From Klebsormidium nitens (Eukaryota; Plantae; Klebsormidiophyceae): DNA of 64,000 nucleotides. Made by a program: the position numbers and the translations under genes. The stretch is taken from assembly GCA_000708835.1 (NCBI GenBank), contig DF236984.1:228384-292383 (forward strand), in the 5' to 3' direction. The stretch's first letter is position 1; each line of letters begins with the position of its first letter. Positions 35,801 through 47,200 of the stretch are shown here, one piece after another. The notes under the pieces were generated by a model. The model made no database searches. It was not told the DNA's origin and saw only the letters and a list, made by a program, of their open reading frames with translations.

Positions 35801-38800
35801 GGATCTGCCGCGTCGAACTGCGGCCAGTCTTTGCTGGGGCCGTAGTTGTAATACACCATGGCAGGCCGAGACGGCGGCAGTCCTGTAAGAATCAGACTCT
35901 CAAGTTTTATGAAAAGTCTTCAACATTGAAAGCGAAAACATTCGAAGCAGAACTCTCAAGAGATGGCCTCTTGAGTAGATGGGGCTCCAGAAGTCTCCGT
36001 CAGCTTTCGGTTCACATGAAGTCACTGGATGGTGAAGCTTTTCGTCTTTTCCAAAGTAAAAGGCGACAGGGAGACGTTGATCTGCCCTGTGGACCGGCCA
36101 GCTCTACGAGCCCAAGATACTTTCGCACTGCCAGTGATCCCCGCACTTTTCTGTCATTAGGAAGTGAGTAGGACTGTTTTCGTCACAACTTTCTTCCAAA
36201 ACCCTATGTGTTTCAAGCTCCTTTGCAAGGAGAAGTAGAGCTGCACATCTTCACAACAAGGGACAGCCTCGCTTAGCACCTTTCGGAAGGGCTTTCGCAA
36301 GGCTTCTCCGTTCTGACTCCCTGAAAAGAAAGCAGCAACTCACCTGTCTTGGCCCCGTTGTTGTTCGGAGATAAATTGCTCGGGTTCTCGCAGTCGAACG
36401 GCACGCCCGTACTCTGCTGCGTTGAATAGTCAAACTTCACATACGGCAGATTCGGCCCAATGCAATACGGCCAGCCGTAGTTCCCCGGTTCGTCGAATTT
36501 GAGCTGGTTGATTTCGTCCATTCCCAGGGGTCCGCGAGCGGGGTTGGGCGCGGTCTCGTCCGGGCCGACGTCGCCCCAGTATAGGTTATTGGTGTGCGGG
36601 TCGATGGAGAAGCGGAACGGATTGCGCACGCCCATCGCGTATATCTCCGGCCTGCGCAATAGCACATGTCTTCTCAGAGGAGTGCGAAAGTCTGGTTAGC
36701 GGGTTGATGGGGTGACGTCGGCCCGGACGAGATCGCGGAGGGGATTGATTTCCACGCCCATCGCGTATATTTCCGGCCTGCGAACCAACAGCTGGATAGC
36801 TTTTAAAATGAATCAAAGTTTTTCGGTGTGCGGTTTGATGCAGAAGGGGAACGGGTCGCGCGCACGCCCATCGCATATATCTCTGGCCTGCGGACCGACA
36901 GATTGCAAGCAGGAAAGTAGATATGCTTGGAATGCGGGGTTTGATGGGGAAGCGGGACGGGTTACTGCGAATGCTCATCGCGTATGACTCCGCCTTGTCG
37001 AGGGGGGAATACTTACGAGTTGAAAAGGGCCGAGATTGCACATCAAAGTTCTTTACAGTTGCCTCAGCTGAGGTGAAAAGGTCAACCGAACTTCACGAGC
37101 AAGTACTAGCGAGAGCAGAGGAGTAAGAAGGCTGGCTCGGAGTCAAATTGGCCGGTTGATTCTTCTGCACTTTTATCAACACTCCCTTTCAGGGACACCC
37201 CTTATTCGTTCTCAAAATTTACGAACCTCGCTTTCGCCCAACACGCTTGTCTCGGATTAGTTGCAAAATCGCAGTGACTCTTCTTGGAGATCGCTGCGTA
37301 CAGATCCTCTGCACTCAGCGTCCAGTTATCCGCCTAATCAGTCCTACGCAACAGCCTGAGATTTTCACAACCTGAAAAGTATCAACGACAACTCAAGGAG
37401 GACCAAACAGGAAAGATGTGCTGACCTGTGCAAGTCGTCCCCTGGAAACAGGTTGTTGGGCGGGATCTCGTAGCCGTCCTCGGTTGGCCTGATCCGGTTG
37501 ATGGCCCCTCGGAGGTCGTTCGTGTTGGCCGCAGACTTTTGCGAGTCGAGCACGTAGAACCCTGGGCGGTCGTCGGTGGGCGCCCAGCCGCTGCAAAAGA
37601 CACCGTGACATATTCAGATACAAAGTTTGATGACGTCATTCAGCGTCAGCATGACGTCATCAAAAGTGGGCATTAGCTCACGTAGAAACCCGGGCGGTCG
37701 TCGGTGGGCGCCCAGCCGCTGCAGAAAGAAAACCGGGACAACTTCAGATACGAATTGCGTTGACGTCGTCTGGTGTCAGCATGATGTCATCAAATGTCAG
37801 CAGTGGTGTACGCAGGAACGCGGGCGGTCGACGGTGGGCGCCCAGCTGCTGCAAAACAAAAAACGAGACGATAAACGATGACGTCGTTCACTAAGCAATG
37901 GTTGCACGAAAGCCCGGGCGGTCGTCGGTGGGCGTCCAGCCGGCTAACATAGAAACGGGAACGGATTTGCAAGATAGGTCCTAGATGATGACGTCACCCG
38001 GCGTAGGCAGTAGCGCACCCGAAGCCCGACGCTTATGTCCGGGGCTGCCCAGCTGAGACCGTACGCAGGCCGTCGATTTAGCAATCTTCGGGTCCGCCGT
38101 TTAAATGAGTTACCCGTTGTGAGAGCATGAGAATTTTTGAACCAGCTGTCTCGACGAAGTTGACCTCAACATGCAGCTTGGCTTCCGCTGGACTGCCAAG
38201 CCAGCCGCGATCTGAGAAATGCAAAAGTGAAGTGCCCCAAAAGAGTTCAGGCTTCCGATTCCCCCGCTCTACTACGATCCATTCCTTTGGGAAGGGGTTT
38301 TTAAGAGACAGTGTGAAGTGAGCTTACGTCTGGTAGGTGTTATCGCCCACGCTGAGCAGCAGGTTGCCGTGCGAATCGAACTTGATGTTGCCCCCGCTAT
38401 GGCAGCACGCCAGCCGCTGCGAACGAAAGGGACAAAGGCCTTTTTATAACGTAGAACAAGAAGACGAAATGTCTGGAATGTTGCGGCGGCCCTAAAAAAC
38501 GCAAGCAGGAACGCCCTCTTTTCATTACTTCGAACGCAGAATGAGGTCGTCCGTACCTCTTTCTTTTTCTTTCGGTGACTGCAGCTTGTACTGTTCGCTT
38601 TACACCACTCGCTCTATTCGTCGGGTTGCTTTCACGCTTCTTCTTTCTGCTCCATCTAGAATCCCGTGGGCTCTATCCTTTTCTTCCAGAAAGCCGGGAA
38701 GCAGTAAAAAGAACGAGAAAGGGAAGACTTTCGAGCGCACCTGTGTGTTGATCCTTAGCAGCCGCTTCTCGGACGACACGTCCACGGTGTCGCCTGTCAT

Positions 38801-41800
38801 CTTGTAACGCGAAAGTATGTTCTGAGTTGGGCTGGTCTCGTGCACGGGCGACCAGTAGACGTAGATGTACCCGTTGTTCTCGAAGTCCGGGTCGAGCCCC
38901 AACCCGAGCAAACCGTCCTCGTTGCTGTTGGTCACATTCCACCGGGCAGCTGACAAGAGTAGGTTTCAGGGTTTAGGGGTACGTTGAGAAAGTTAACTCA
39001 ACGGACAGGATCACCGAGCTTTTGGTAGATCCACATTCCACCGGGCAGCTGACAAGAGGAATCTCAGGGTTAGGGGTACATTAAGCAGATTAAGTCAACG
39101 GTCAAGGTTATGGAGCTTTTTGGAGATCTACCAACCGGCCGTGTGAGTCGCTCGCCAGACAGTAAAAGCTACTGAGCGTCAACGTACAAGATTCGAAGCC
39201 GGGATGGAATCGTGGGGCGGGCTGCTTCGAGCGCGGCGTTCTCGGGGCGAGCGGATACTTTTATGTGCGCCTACTTTTATGACGAGCGCTTACTTTTATT
39301 ATGAGCGCCGCTCCACCAAGGAACGTACCCTTTAGGTACACGAACAGACACTGTCTTTGTTCTTAAAATGGTTTCAGCCAGTCTTGAAAACTTCGTTTCT
39401 GCTGAGACGTGATGTTTCCGCCGGTAAGCGGTCTTCTGCTCGTTCTCAAGCAACGCAGCCTACAAAGGACGGAACGGCGGAAGCGGAAGGGAGGGAGCTG
39501 ACCGGTGCTTATGGTGCTTGTGGCGGGGTTGAAGATCTGGAGCTCGCCGTTTCGGACGACGATGAACACTCGGCCGTCGGGAGCGATCGCGATGGACATG
39601 GGCTGCAGAGAGGCCGGAGTATATCAGCAGATGCGGAGTACACTGTGCGAGATTGACAATCCTTCGGATAACTGTCTCTCCTTCCACATGTGTTGAGCGA
39701 GGTTGGTAGTTTTGACTGCTTCCAAGTGTCGGTTCGGACAGATCTTCTGAGAGCAATTGGAGGGAAGGACTATTCAGTCGTACTGGAGTACCCCAGATTG
39801 AGCACGGTAGGAGCATTGGAGACGAAGTGCCATGAGCTTGAGAATGATTTAGATCTCCACATGTGTGCCCAAGTTTCCCTTTCGCAACTTTTGACCATTG
39901 ATAAGGTGACCTATGAAGTGCCCAGAAAGTGGCAAGCAAGGCATTTGAATTGCGTTTTCCAAAATATCGACTGATAAATCCTTGATGAAAGTTGGTTTCG
40001 TGCTGACCACTCGATTGCCAGCCCAAAGAAGTACCGAGGGCTTAGAAATCAACGAATCCGAGATTAGACGTACAACGCAACGCCGCCATACCTGCTCCCC
40101 TTGCTGGAAGTTGTACAGCGTATCCTTCTCGTAGGCAGCGTCGTTGGTCGCCGTTCCGTCATCATCCGCCATCATTCTCCCCTCCTTTGCCAGCAGACTC
40201 CGGGCCCGCGTGTCCACTGGTAGGTGCCCGGAGGGAATCCCCGGGTGCTCCCCGCCCTGCTTCTGCCAGGCCCGGCCCGCCCAGGCGATTCCCCCAACCA
40301 CATGTTTGATCATCAGCGGGTCTGCCCAGAGGTCGGGGTTGTGGCCCAGGGAGGTGTAGAAGGAGCGTGAACCAAAAGGCCTGCAGCCAATGGCTGGAAC
40401 GTTTGGAATGACTTCAGAAATTGGGGCTTAGGCCTCTGGCAAAGTTCAGTGTCGACAGAAAGAGTTCCCTGCTCTATTCTTTTAAGCGCCTTGCCACATG
40501 GATCATGCAGCTTTGCGGCTCGACAACCTGCTAGATGTGGGAACCAACGTCCTCAGACTTGACAGTTGAAGCTGGTATAGGACAGCTAAAAGGAGAAAGG
40601 TTCAGAGAAGAGACCTGAGGGATCATCACAGCTGCAAGGCTGCTCCAGCTTCCAATGGTCACAAGTCTGAAGGTCCTGTCGCCAGATATCTTCTAACTGA
40701 AGGTCCAGCAGCCGACTCTTAAAAAGCAAGCATGGCCAGCTTACATGGTCACTTGCATTAACAACCAGGCTAATGCTCAGAAGTTGGATCAACATCAATC
40801 ATCAGAATGATCAGCCACAGCGCTTACGATTACGCTATTCTGATAAGAGTCAGCTATATAGACTGGGGGCCCTGCTCACCTGTGTGTCCAAGCGATAGGC
40901 TGGTCAAATTGTGCTGCCCCAATGTTGTAACCAGGCATGTCGGCTGAGCGCTGGAGGAGCGCCAGAGTGTGCACTCCGGGGGTCAGGTCAAAAGCTAGCC
41001 AGTGCTCAGAGACGTTCCAGCGCTCTGGTAGCACCGTAGACGCAGGGTGAAATCTGCAGATCGAAGATAGAAGACACCATTTCTTGTCAGATGTTATATG
41101 TTAAGGGCAGGGATATAGCAGCTTTGAGTGCATTGTATTGAACCAAATCGCTCCAGACTAGCTAAATGCACCTTAGGATCATGAGACTTCACTAAATGCT
41201 GAAACAAGCTGGCTGCATAGAGTCTGCAGTGCCACCGTGTTCTGATATGTACCTAGTAGAAAGGTTGTGTCAGCAGAGAGCAGTTTCAGATTCTGTCACG
41301 AATGATGCTCAACTGCTCATCCTCCAGGTTAACTTTTCAAGTTGCAACAGCGCACTAATTGACCTCAAAAGAGGATACCAGAACGATCCGTTGTAGGCAC
41401 CTTTCATCCAGGTTGTGCGGCAAAAACAAATCTTCAAAACGTTGGATCAGAGGTCCAGTAAGAGCTGGAGAATTAGACAGCAGATCTAGGTGGAATAGTC
41501 TACGAGGCTGATCTGAGTGGTATAGCAGCTCATTGTAATACAAGTACCTGGTGCTCAACTAACTGGAAGCTAGCTAAACTGCACCACCACCACCACCACC
41601 ACCACTTTTATGAAACTACATTGTCTGAAACTGGACCTGACATTATTGAAGTAGTGGACGTCATCGTGCCAGCTGCAAGGCAGTATGTAAAGAAGCATTT
41701 CACTTATTGTGCCTCGCAGCCATGGATTCTGAAATCAATGCGGGTGCCATTTCAACCAAGTCCTCAATGACACACAAGCCAGAGGCACTGCCCCTTTGAC

Positions 41801-42287
41801 CAGATTACTTCACGAACTTGACCACCTACCTGTCATGCACGAGTACAGTCCCTCCTGTGAGCTGACTTCCATTCCTCCCAGCTGCAGGTCTCCCTCCTAT
41901 CAGAGTATCAAACCAATCCCAGCCGATCATTGTCTCTGCCGCCGAATGCACGCCAACAAAGCTGCCGCCGCCCTGGATGTAGTTTGCAATAGCATTCCGC
42001 TGATCTTTGCTGCTAAGGACGTTTCCACTTGTTAGCAGAAAGACGATGGTGTCATAGGCTGTCAAACCCGTTGGACTGAGCCCTGTGCTGGTTTCCAGGT
42101 GGTCAACCATCCAGCCCTGCTCGAAGCCAGCTCTTTGCAGAGCTTCAACAGCTGGGGGAATCGATTCATGCTGCTCTTCAGCTTGACCTGTGAAGAGGAG
42201 TACTCGAAGGGGAGCTGCACCAATGCATGTGGTGCAGAATAGCATCCCTAAAAGGACAATGCAAGACAAATGGCTGGGCGCCTTCAT
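29815..42287 (-). CDS. Secreted multidomain protein of about 1248 aa: signal peptide, ThuA-like, PQQ-dependent sugar dehydrogenase (GSDH beta-propeller), PKD, CBM6-like, F5/8 type C (discoidin). Exons 42287-41830, 41053-40880, 40380-40092, 39602-39503, 38949-38741, 38416-38328, 37590-37426, 36651-36344, 35882-35669, 35160-34876, 33984-33729, 33131-32908, 32473-32383, 31951-31809, 31487-31349, 30789-30646, 30273-29815
   Basis: All 16 introns are GT-AG and the phases sum to 3747 nt with no internal stop. Motifs: RVLLFT...GGGSFVGVHSA...RSFYTSLGH (ThuA); PMSIAIAPDGRVF, EDGLLGLGLDPDFENNGYIY, CCHSGGNIKFD...GD, SAANTNDLRG, EIYAMGVRNPFR, GNYGWPYC, PMDIEVAPDGSLY (GSDH); FAWDFNSNGTVD (PKD); ITDGDWLRY...IDSI (CBM6-like); QWFLVDMKAAQTVSRV...SLDGVTW and ARYLKI...WSISEL (F5/8C). 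The extreme C-terminus is less certain. Confidence 0.9.
33121..33420 (-). repeat. Degenerate duplicates of the exon-12 acceptor and exon start in the upstream intron
   Basis: CGTCGAAGACGGCCACCTGCGGA (exon start) recurs as CGTCGAAGAGGGCCACCTGCGGA near 33287-33309, and partially (GACCTGCGGCG) near 33407. Confidence 0.7.
36640..37000 (-). repeat. Three degenerate copies (about 105-110 bp spacing) of the exon-8 acceptor junction
   Basis: CACGCCCATCGCGTATATCTCCGGCCTGCG (36628-36656) recurs at about 36753-36782 and 36863-36892, and decayed at about 36970-36996. Confidence 0.8.
37553..37995 (-). repeat. Tandem array (about 95-130 bp units) of exon-7 start, acceptor and TGACGTCA-rich intron
   Basis: GGGCGGTCGTCGGTGGGCGCCCAGCCGCTGCA occurs at about 37564 (real exon), 37692, 37822 and 37917, with progressive decay away from the exon. 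Confidence 0.85.
38933..39130 (-). repeat. Duplication (about 98 bp) of the exon-5 acceptor junction
   Basis: CACATTCCACCGGGCAGCTGACAAGAG is identical at about 38933 and 39032, and the following intron sequence is also repeated. Confidence 0.85.
41582..41605. repeat. (CAC)n microsatellite in GSDH intron 1; paralogous tract at about 23577-23601
   Basis: Directly visible in both duplication units. Confidence 0.8.
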
Positions 42288-44286
42288 CCCTGCTCGGTGA
42301 CTGGCAGCCATCTTGCCAGCCTTCAAGCGTCCGCTGACGATCGCTTCGTCATGCACGAAGACGTGCTTGTCCCACCCAACATCGTCTGAAGCCCGAGGCT
42401 CGAGCTCCCTGGGCCTAAGCCTTCGATCGTTTCCACTGTGGCGCCTTTTGATCACTTGCCTAAATCATATCAGGGCAGATGTATTCGAACTGCTCAAGCT
42501 GCGTCTCTAACGTGTACTCGTGTTGATCAACAGTCTTTGGTAGGCGCTACAAATGTGATGTGCGCGAAAATGACCGGGTACGGTACGTTTCGGTACGGTA
42601 CGGTACCTATAGCAACATAGTACCGGTACAATGCTGGGAGTCTGTGCCTGGGGCCCTCGGGCTGGGTGTAGGGCCGCGGACATTCTTCTATCTACCGGTA
42701 CATGATCGGTCGCTCGGGTTACTAAGAGTCGGGTACCAACCAGTACCAAGGTCCCAACGTACTCTTTGCTGGACAGTACCAACTTCACAAAGCATGCCAG
42801 GATACCGGTAGGTAGCCTGGATAGGTACGCGATTGTGCACTGCGCACTGCGCAATTGTTTGCAACACTTGCGCAAAGTCCGAAGTCAGACGAAAGCCAGC
42901 GTGTCATTGGAAATTGAAGTCTGACCCTCGGTTTTCTTCTGCAACTTATCGAGCGGCTAGGAATGAAGCAAATGCCTTGAGATTCAGGAGAATTCAGTGA
43001 CAACTGTGTATCAAATGACGTCAAAAGAGCGTCATGGTCCAGATTTGCCACAGAATGACGAGCGCGTTGCAGGGCCGTTGACTGTGTGGACAGCACATGC
43101 AGCCACACAGGCCGCGAGACACCCACAGGCGACCGTGCTATTCGAAGTTGGGCCATCCGAGGTCGCCGTCTCTTCAGTCCACGTTCTGTGATGTTTGCTT
43201 TAACACGATCGGAAACTTTCAACCTGTGAACGATGAATGGCGGCATTGGGGAAATGCAGGCTGCAGGATGGCGTGACAAGGGCGTCGCCTTCGAAGTGGT
43301 TGCTTCTGATTCTGTGTCCTGCGAAGGTTGCCCCTTCGGCAAACTGACAAATATCCGTTCGGAATCCCCACTGCTCATGCTTGACTGGTCATGCTGGACA
43401 GGCCCACAAGAAGAAGAAAGTGATACAATGGTGTGAGAAGGACGAGCAGCGGTAGATCCGTCTGAAAAGCTTGGCGCCGCAGGAAGGAACTGGTAAGCAG
43501 TGCCTTGAAAGTTTTGAGGCGAAGTAACTTCACAAACTTATACTCCCTGATGCAACTGGCCAGTCAGCCAAAAGGCTGCATTTGCGATCTGCATAGGTTT
43601 GAAACAAAGAGCTCAGTACACCTTTGACTATCTTCATGAGAACACCACAACTGACAGATATTGACGGTATCATTGACTGAGGGTATCTGTCAAGTAGTCA
43701 GTTCAGAAGTGCTAGTTATATCAGTAGAAGCTGAGAGCCGTGCCCCATTGCAATTTGATCCTGTGGAGACAGCCAGAGTGAAATTGTTAAAGAGAAGGAG
43801 TGGTCGAAAGTAGGAGAAATCTGATTCTTACGCTGCGACCTTGACATTCCTACTTTGTCTCTTTGGAGTTTAGCTCAGGATGACAAGTTGGCATTTGGAG
43901 TGTCCCTTTCCCTGAGCTCAATTAGCCTTTGGACTCACATCAAACAAAGCCCCTCAAAGGCTGGCTTGCTTGGTATAGAAGGATTCACTACCTGTCGCCC
44001 GGGTTCGTGAGGCAGTGCCCCAGATGAAGATTGTCGATCTGCTTTCATTGGCGCATGTTTCTCTGGTCTTTGACTGTTTCGCAAACCAAATGGTGTGCAG
44101 ACTGGAAAAACGTTCGTATCTTTGAATAAGCCTTCAACAGTGTGAAGGCGGCAGAAAAAGTAGACAACTGGCCGTGCTCTGATCAAGGGCTTCTTCTGCA
44201 GGCTAAGTCAGCCAGCAGGTACTAAGGGGAAGTTTAGGCATGACATGGGAACTGAGAAGGAGACAGTCGCAAGAAGGCGGCACAGA

Positions 44287-47200
44287 ATGAAGACAAACAC
44301 CTGGGTTTGCTCAGCTTTGGGGCTGCTGCTCGCAACCCTCAGTCTTCTATGTCTTTTGACCACTCAGGTTCGTTTCTCTCTGACACTGCTGAAGGACTTA
44401 ATATGAATGAGGTGACAGTAATAATCGAATCACACAAAGCTCATGATGGATACAGCAGCTGCATGAATCGACCTCCATGACTGATTATCGTTTTCGGCGA
44501 AGGTCATGGATAGGCCCAAAACATCATCTTCCTCTTTCAAGTGCTCTCTCCAATCAAAAGCTCTGCCTCCGATTGTGGCTAGATGTGTTGCTTCAATATA
44601 CGCCGACAACGGATGCCTCCAGCTGCAAAGCTGAGCGTGATGCTGCAAAATACCATTACACCCTCTGAGTGCAGGTGACTGGAGCAGAGTTGACACATGA
44701 GCAGCTGTTCAAGTTTGCTCCATTGCCCGATGGGGCGCTCCCCGATGAGCACGTTTACACACCAGGCGTCCGAGAATGTGAGTGCAAAGAATCGAATCCG
44801 ATTGAGCCACACTGTCTGCTAGGCAGAAGGTATCACTTTCAAGCTGGCTTGAAACTGGTAATTGACGTCCTGGTCAAAACCCTGAACGACTTGGAGGGGG
44901 TTACATGGTACCTAGTGATTGATACTAGGGTCGTATCATCTTTCTCCAGGAAAAAATATAGCTCAAGGCATGCTAAAACAGGGGTCTAATGCTGTCCTGT
45001 GCAGGCATCTTCCAGATCATCCGGAAGAACTTACTGACCATGTCCCTCAAAGATGAGCGCATCAATGCCAAGTTCTTGCGGCTGATATTCCACGACTGCG
45101 GTAAGCGCGATTTTATCTGGTGAGCATTTAATTGATTCCAATGAAATCGTTGTGAATGGGTTCTGGAATGTGTCCTATCAATCAATTCCGGTGAAGGACC
45201 TGCAAATCTTTTGTAGAGTTTTCAGCTCCCCTGATCTGGTTGCCTGTTAACTCTGCCAACCTTTCCAACGAAAAGATACCCGTTTAGGGACGGATTACCA
45301 GAGTCTGTGTGGTCCACAGCTTATGTATAAGTTTGCATAATCCTCATCAATAAGCAACAGCTTATGTACCCAGATCTGTCTGGCCAAACGGGCGCTTATG
45401 CATAATTGACTTATCGCTGATATGCGCAGCTGCTGGCGGCTGCAACGGGTCCATCATGCGGACAGAGGAGCACAATGGAACGGCAAACGAGTTTCTTACT
45501 GTAAGTTGTCGTCCTCTTTTTCTTTCGACTGTTTGGTGCTGTTCAGCTTTCGAAAACATGTGGACACGATCTTGCCATTACTTCTGAATGCAGAGCACTT
45601 TGACAACCCTTTTTTATTGTTGGAAAGGTATGTGTATGTGACTTTCCAAAAGGTTGACGTTTCAGGAGAGCGAAGCTGCCTGACTGAGTATGATCCACTT
45701 CGAATGCCTCAAACAACAATGAAACGACCTTCTGACGTGCAATTTTCGAATCCGCAGGGGTTTGACGAGGTCCGTATGGTCAAAGCTGCAATTGATACCT
45801 CGTGCAACGTCAGCATCTCGGTGAGGCTTCCTTTACAAAGCTATGTTGCCACTGATCATTCTTGTATCGAGGATCAAGGTTACCCTCGATCGCTTTTGTC
45901 AATACACTTTGTCTACGGCTTGACAAGATTTTTGCATACTATCAACATCGCTCACGCTAGTTCTGGATCTCTGGCAACGGGGTTGTCTTTGGAATTATCT
46001 CTGAGCAGCAAGCTCAAGCTCTCATCCAAAGTGTGCGTCCCTTGCAGCTTGCTGATACGATCATTGCTGGGGGAGTGGAAGGAGTGAAGGAGACGGGTGG
46101 CCCTGACATCACGGCCTACGTCAGGTTCGGCAGGCGGGATACAGACGACCGAGACGATCCCAACAAAGTGAGAAGTCCTGGAATTTCCGTCAGCATCGCA
46201 GCACTTTTCAGGCAGATGTTTAAAGGGTTCTACTCGGGTTGGAATACTGCTCTGTTTTGGGTCGATCCGGCGATAAAAGATTATGTGCTTGGGCCGAATC
46301 ATGGCTGTAAGGATGCTGACTTTCTTCACCCTCTCTGCAGCTGCCGCTTCCGTTCGTCTCGACGGACGAGCTGGTCAGAGTTTTCGCTCCTCTCGGTAAG
46401 CCACGCTTGTCTTCAAGCCGACTCAACCAGTTTGGCGTTACTTCTTCCCGTTCAATGCATTAGCGAGCTTCCGTTTCTCACTGTAACGCTGGGCCACCAG
46501 ACTGAGGGCAATCAGATGTTAGCAATCACAAGCAACGGAGGCTGTCGCATGCTGTCGGAGGCTGCCGGAGTCGAGTTAGTTGATATGACAATTGAGGGTC
46601 TTCTTAGCTGGTGGCTCGTAAAACTTCTTTCAGTTGAACAGCTTTCGACTATAGATGGTTCAGGAGCTCGAAACGAACTATGAGAAGCTTTCCGAATCTA
46701 CCGAGGAACAAAGCGCTGGTCGAGAACCTGCAGACGCCTGAGAATATTGAAAGTCCTACTGCTTTGTGTCCTAAAAAGCTCTCCTTTGCTACTTGAATCA
46801 AGCTCCCTCAAACCCTGTGAGAGACTTGAGAGGTGAAGTACGCGCTGTCAGTGCAGGGCTCAACGTGGAGGACCTTGTGGCGCTTTCTGGGGCCCATACC
46901 ATCGGCAAAGCCACGTGCAAGAACATCGTCGCCAGGTAGGGCAGCGTCACCGGCGCCCAATCAAATACCATTTGTCTTTGAGAACACTAACATGCTGCGA
47001 CGGTGTCGACACGTCACTTGATTGCGAGGTGTTTCGGAGACTGCCGGAGGGAACGATTGGGAGATCCGTATGACATCTTGCGGATCCATTATCGTTCTCC
47101 AATTAAGCAACACAAGAACCTGCTGATCTGCCCTGTCTTTGTCAATGGTTGCAGCATATATCAATGAAGGCACCATTATATGAAAGACCATAGACCTCTT

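Larger units (their letters stand above)
25075..42330. repeat. Segmental duplication unit B (UVI-1-like gene plus intact ThuA-GSDH gene)
   Basis: Collinear with 12985-24360. It is about 6 kb longer because it retains the exons deleted in copy A. Confidence 0.85.

Noticed and set aside
35641-36171. 176-aa plus-strand ORF, and similar ones at 29743-30189 and 22088-22636
   Set aside because: They are antisense to dehydrogenase exons and have no recognisable motifs.
29815-42287. Bacterial contamination as the source of the ThuA-GSDH gene
   Set aside because: It has sixteen in-phase GT-AG introns with the same intron style as flanking eukaryotic genes, and a local paralogue.
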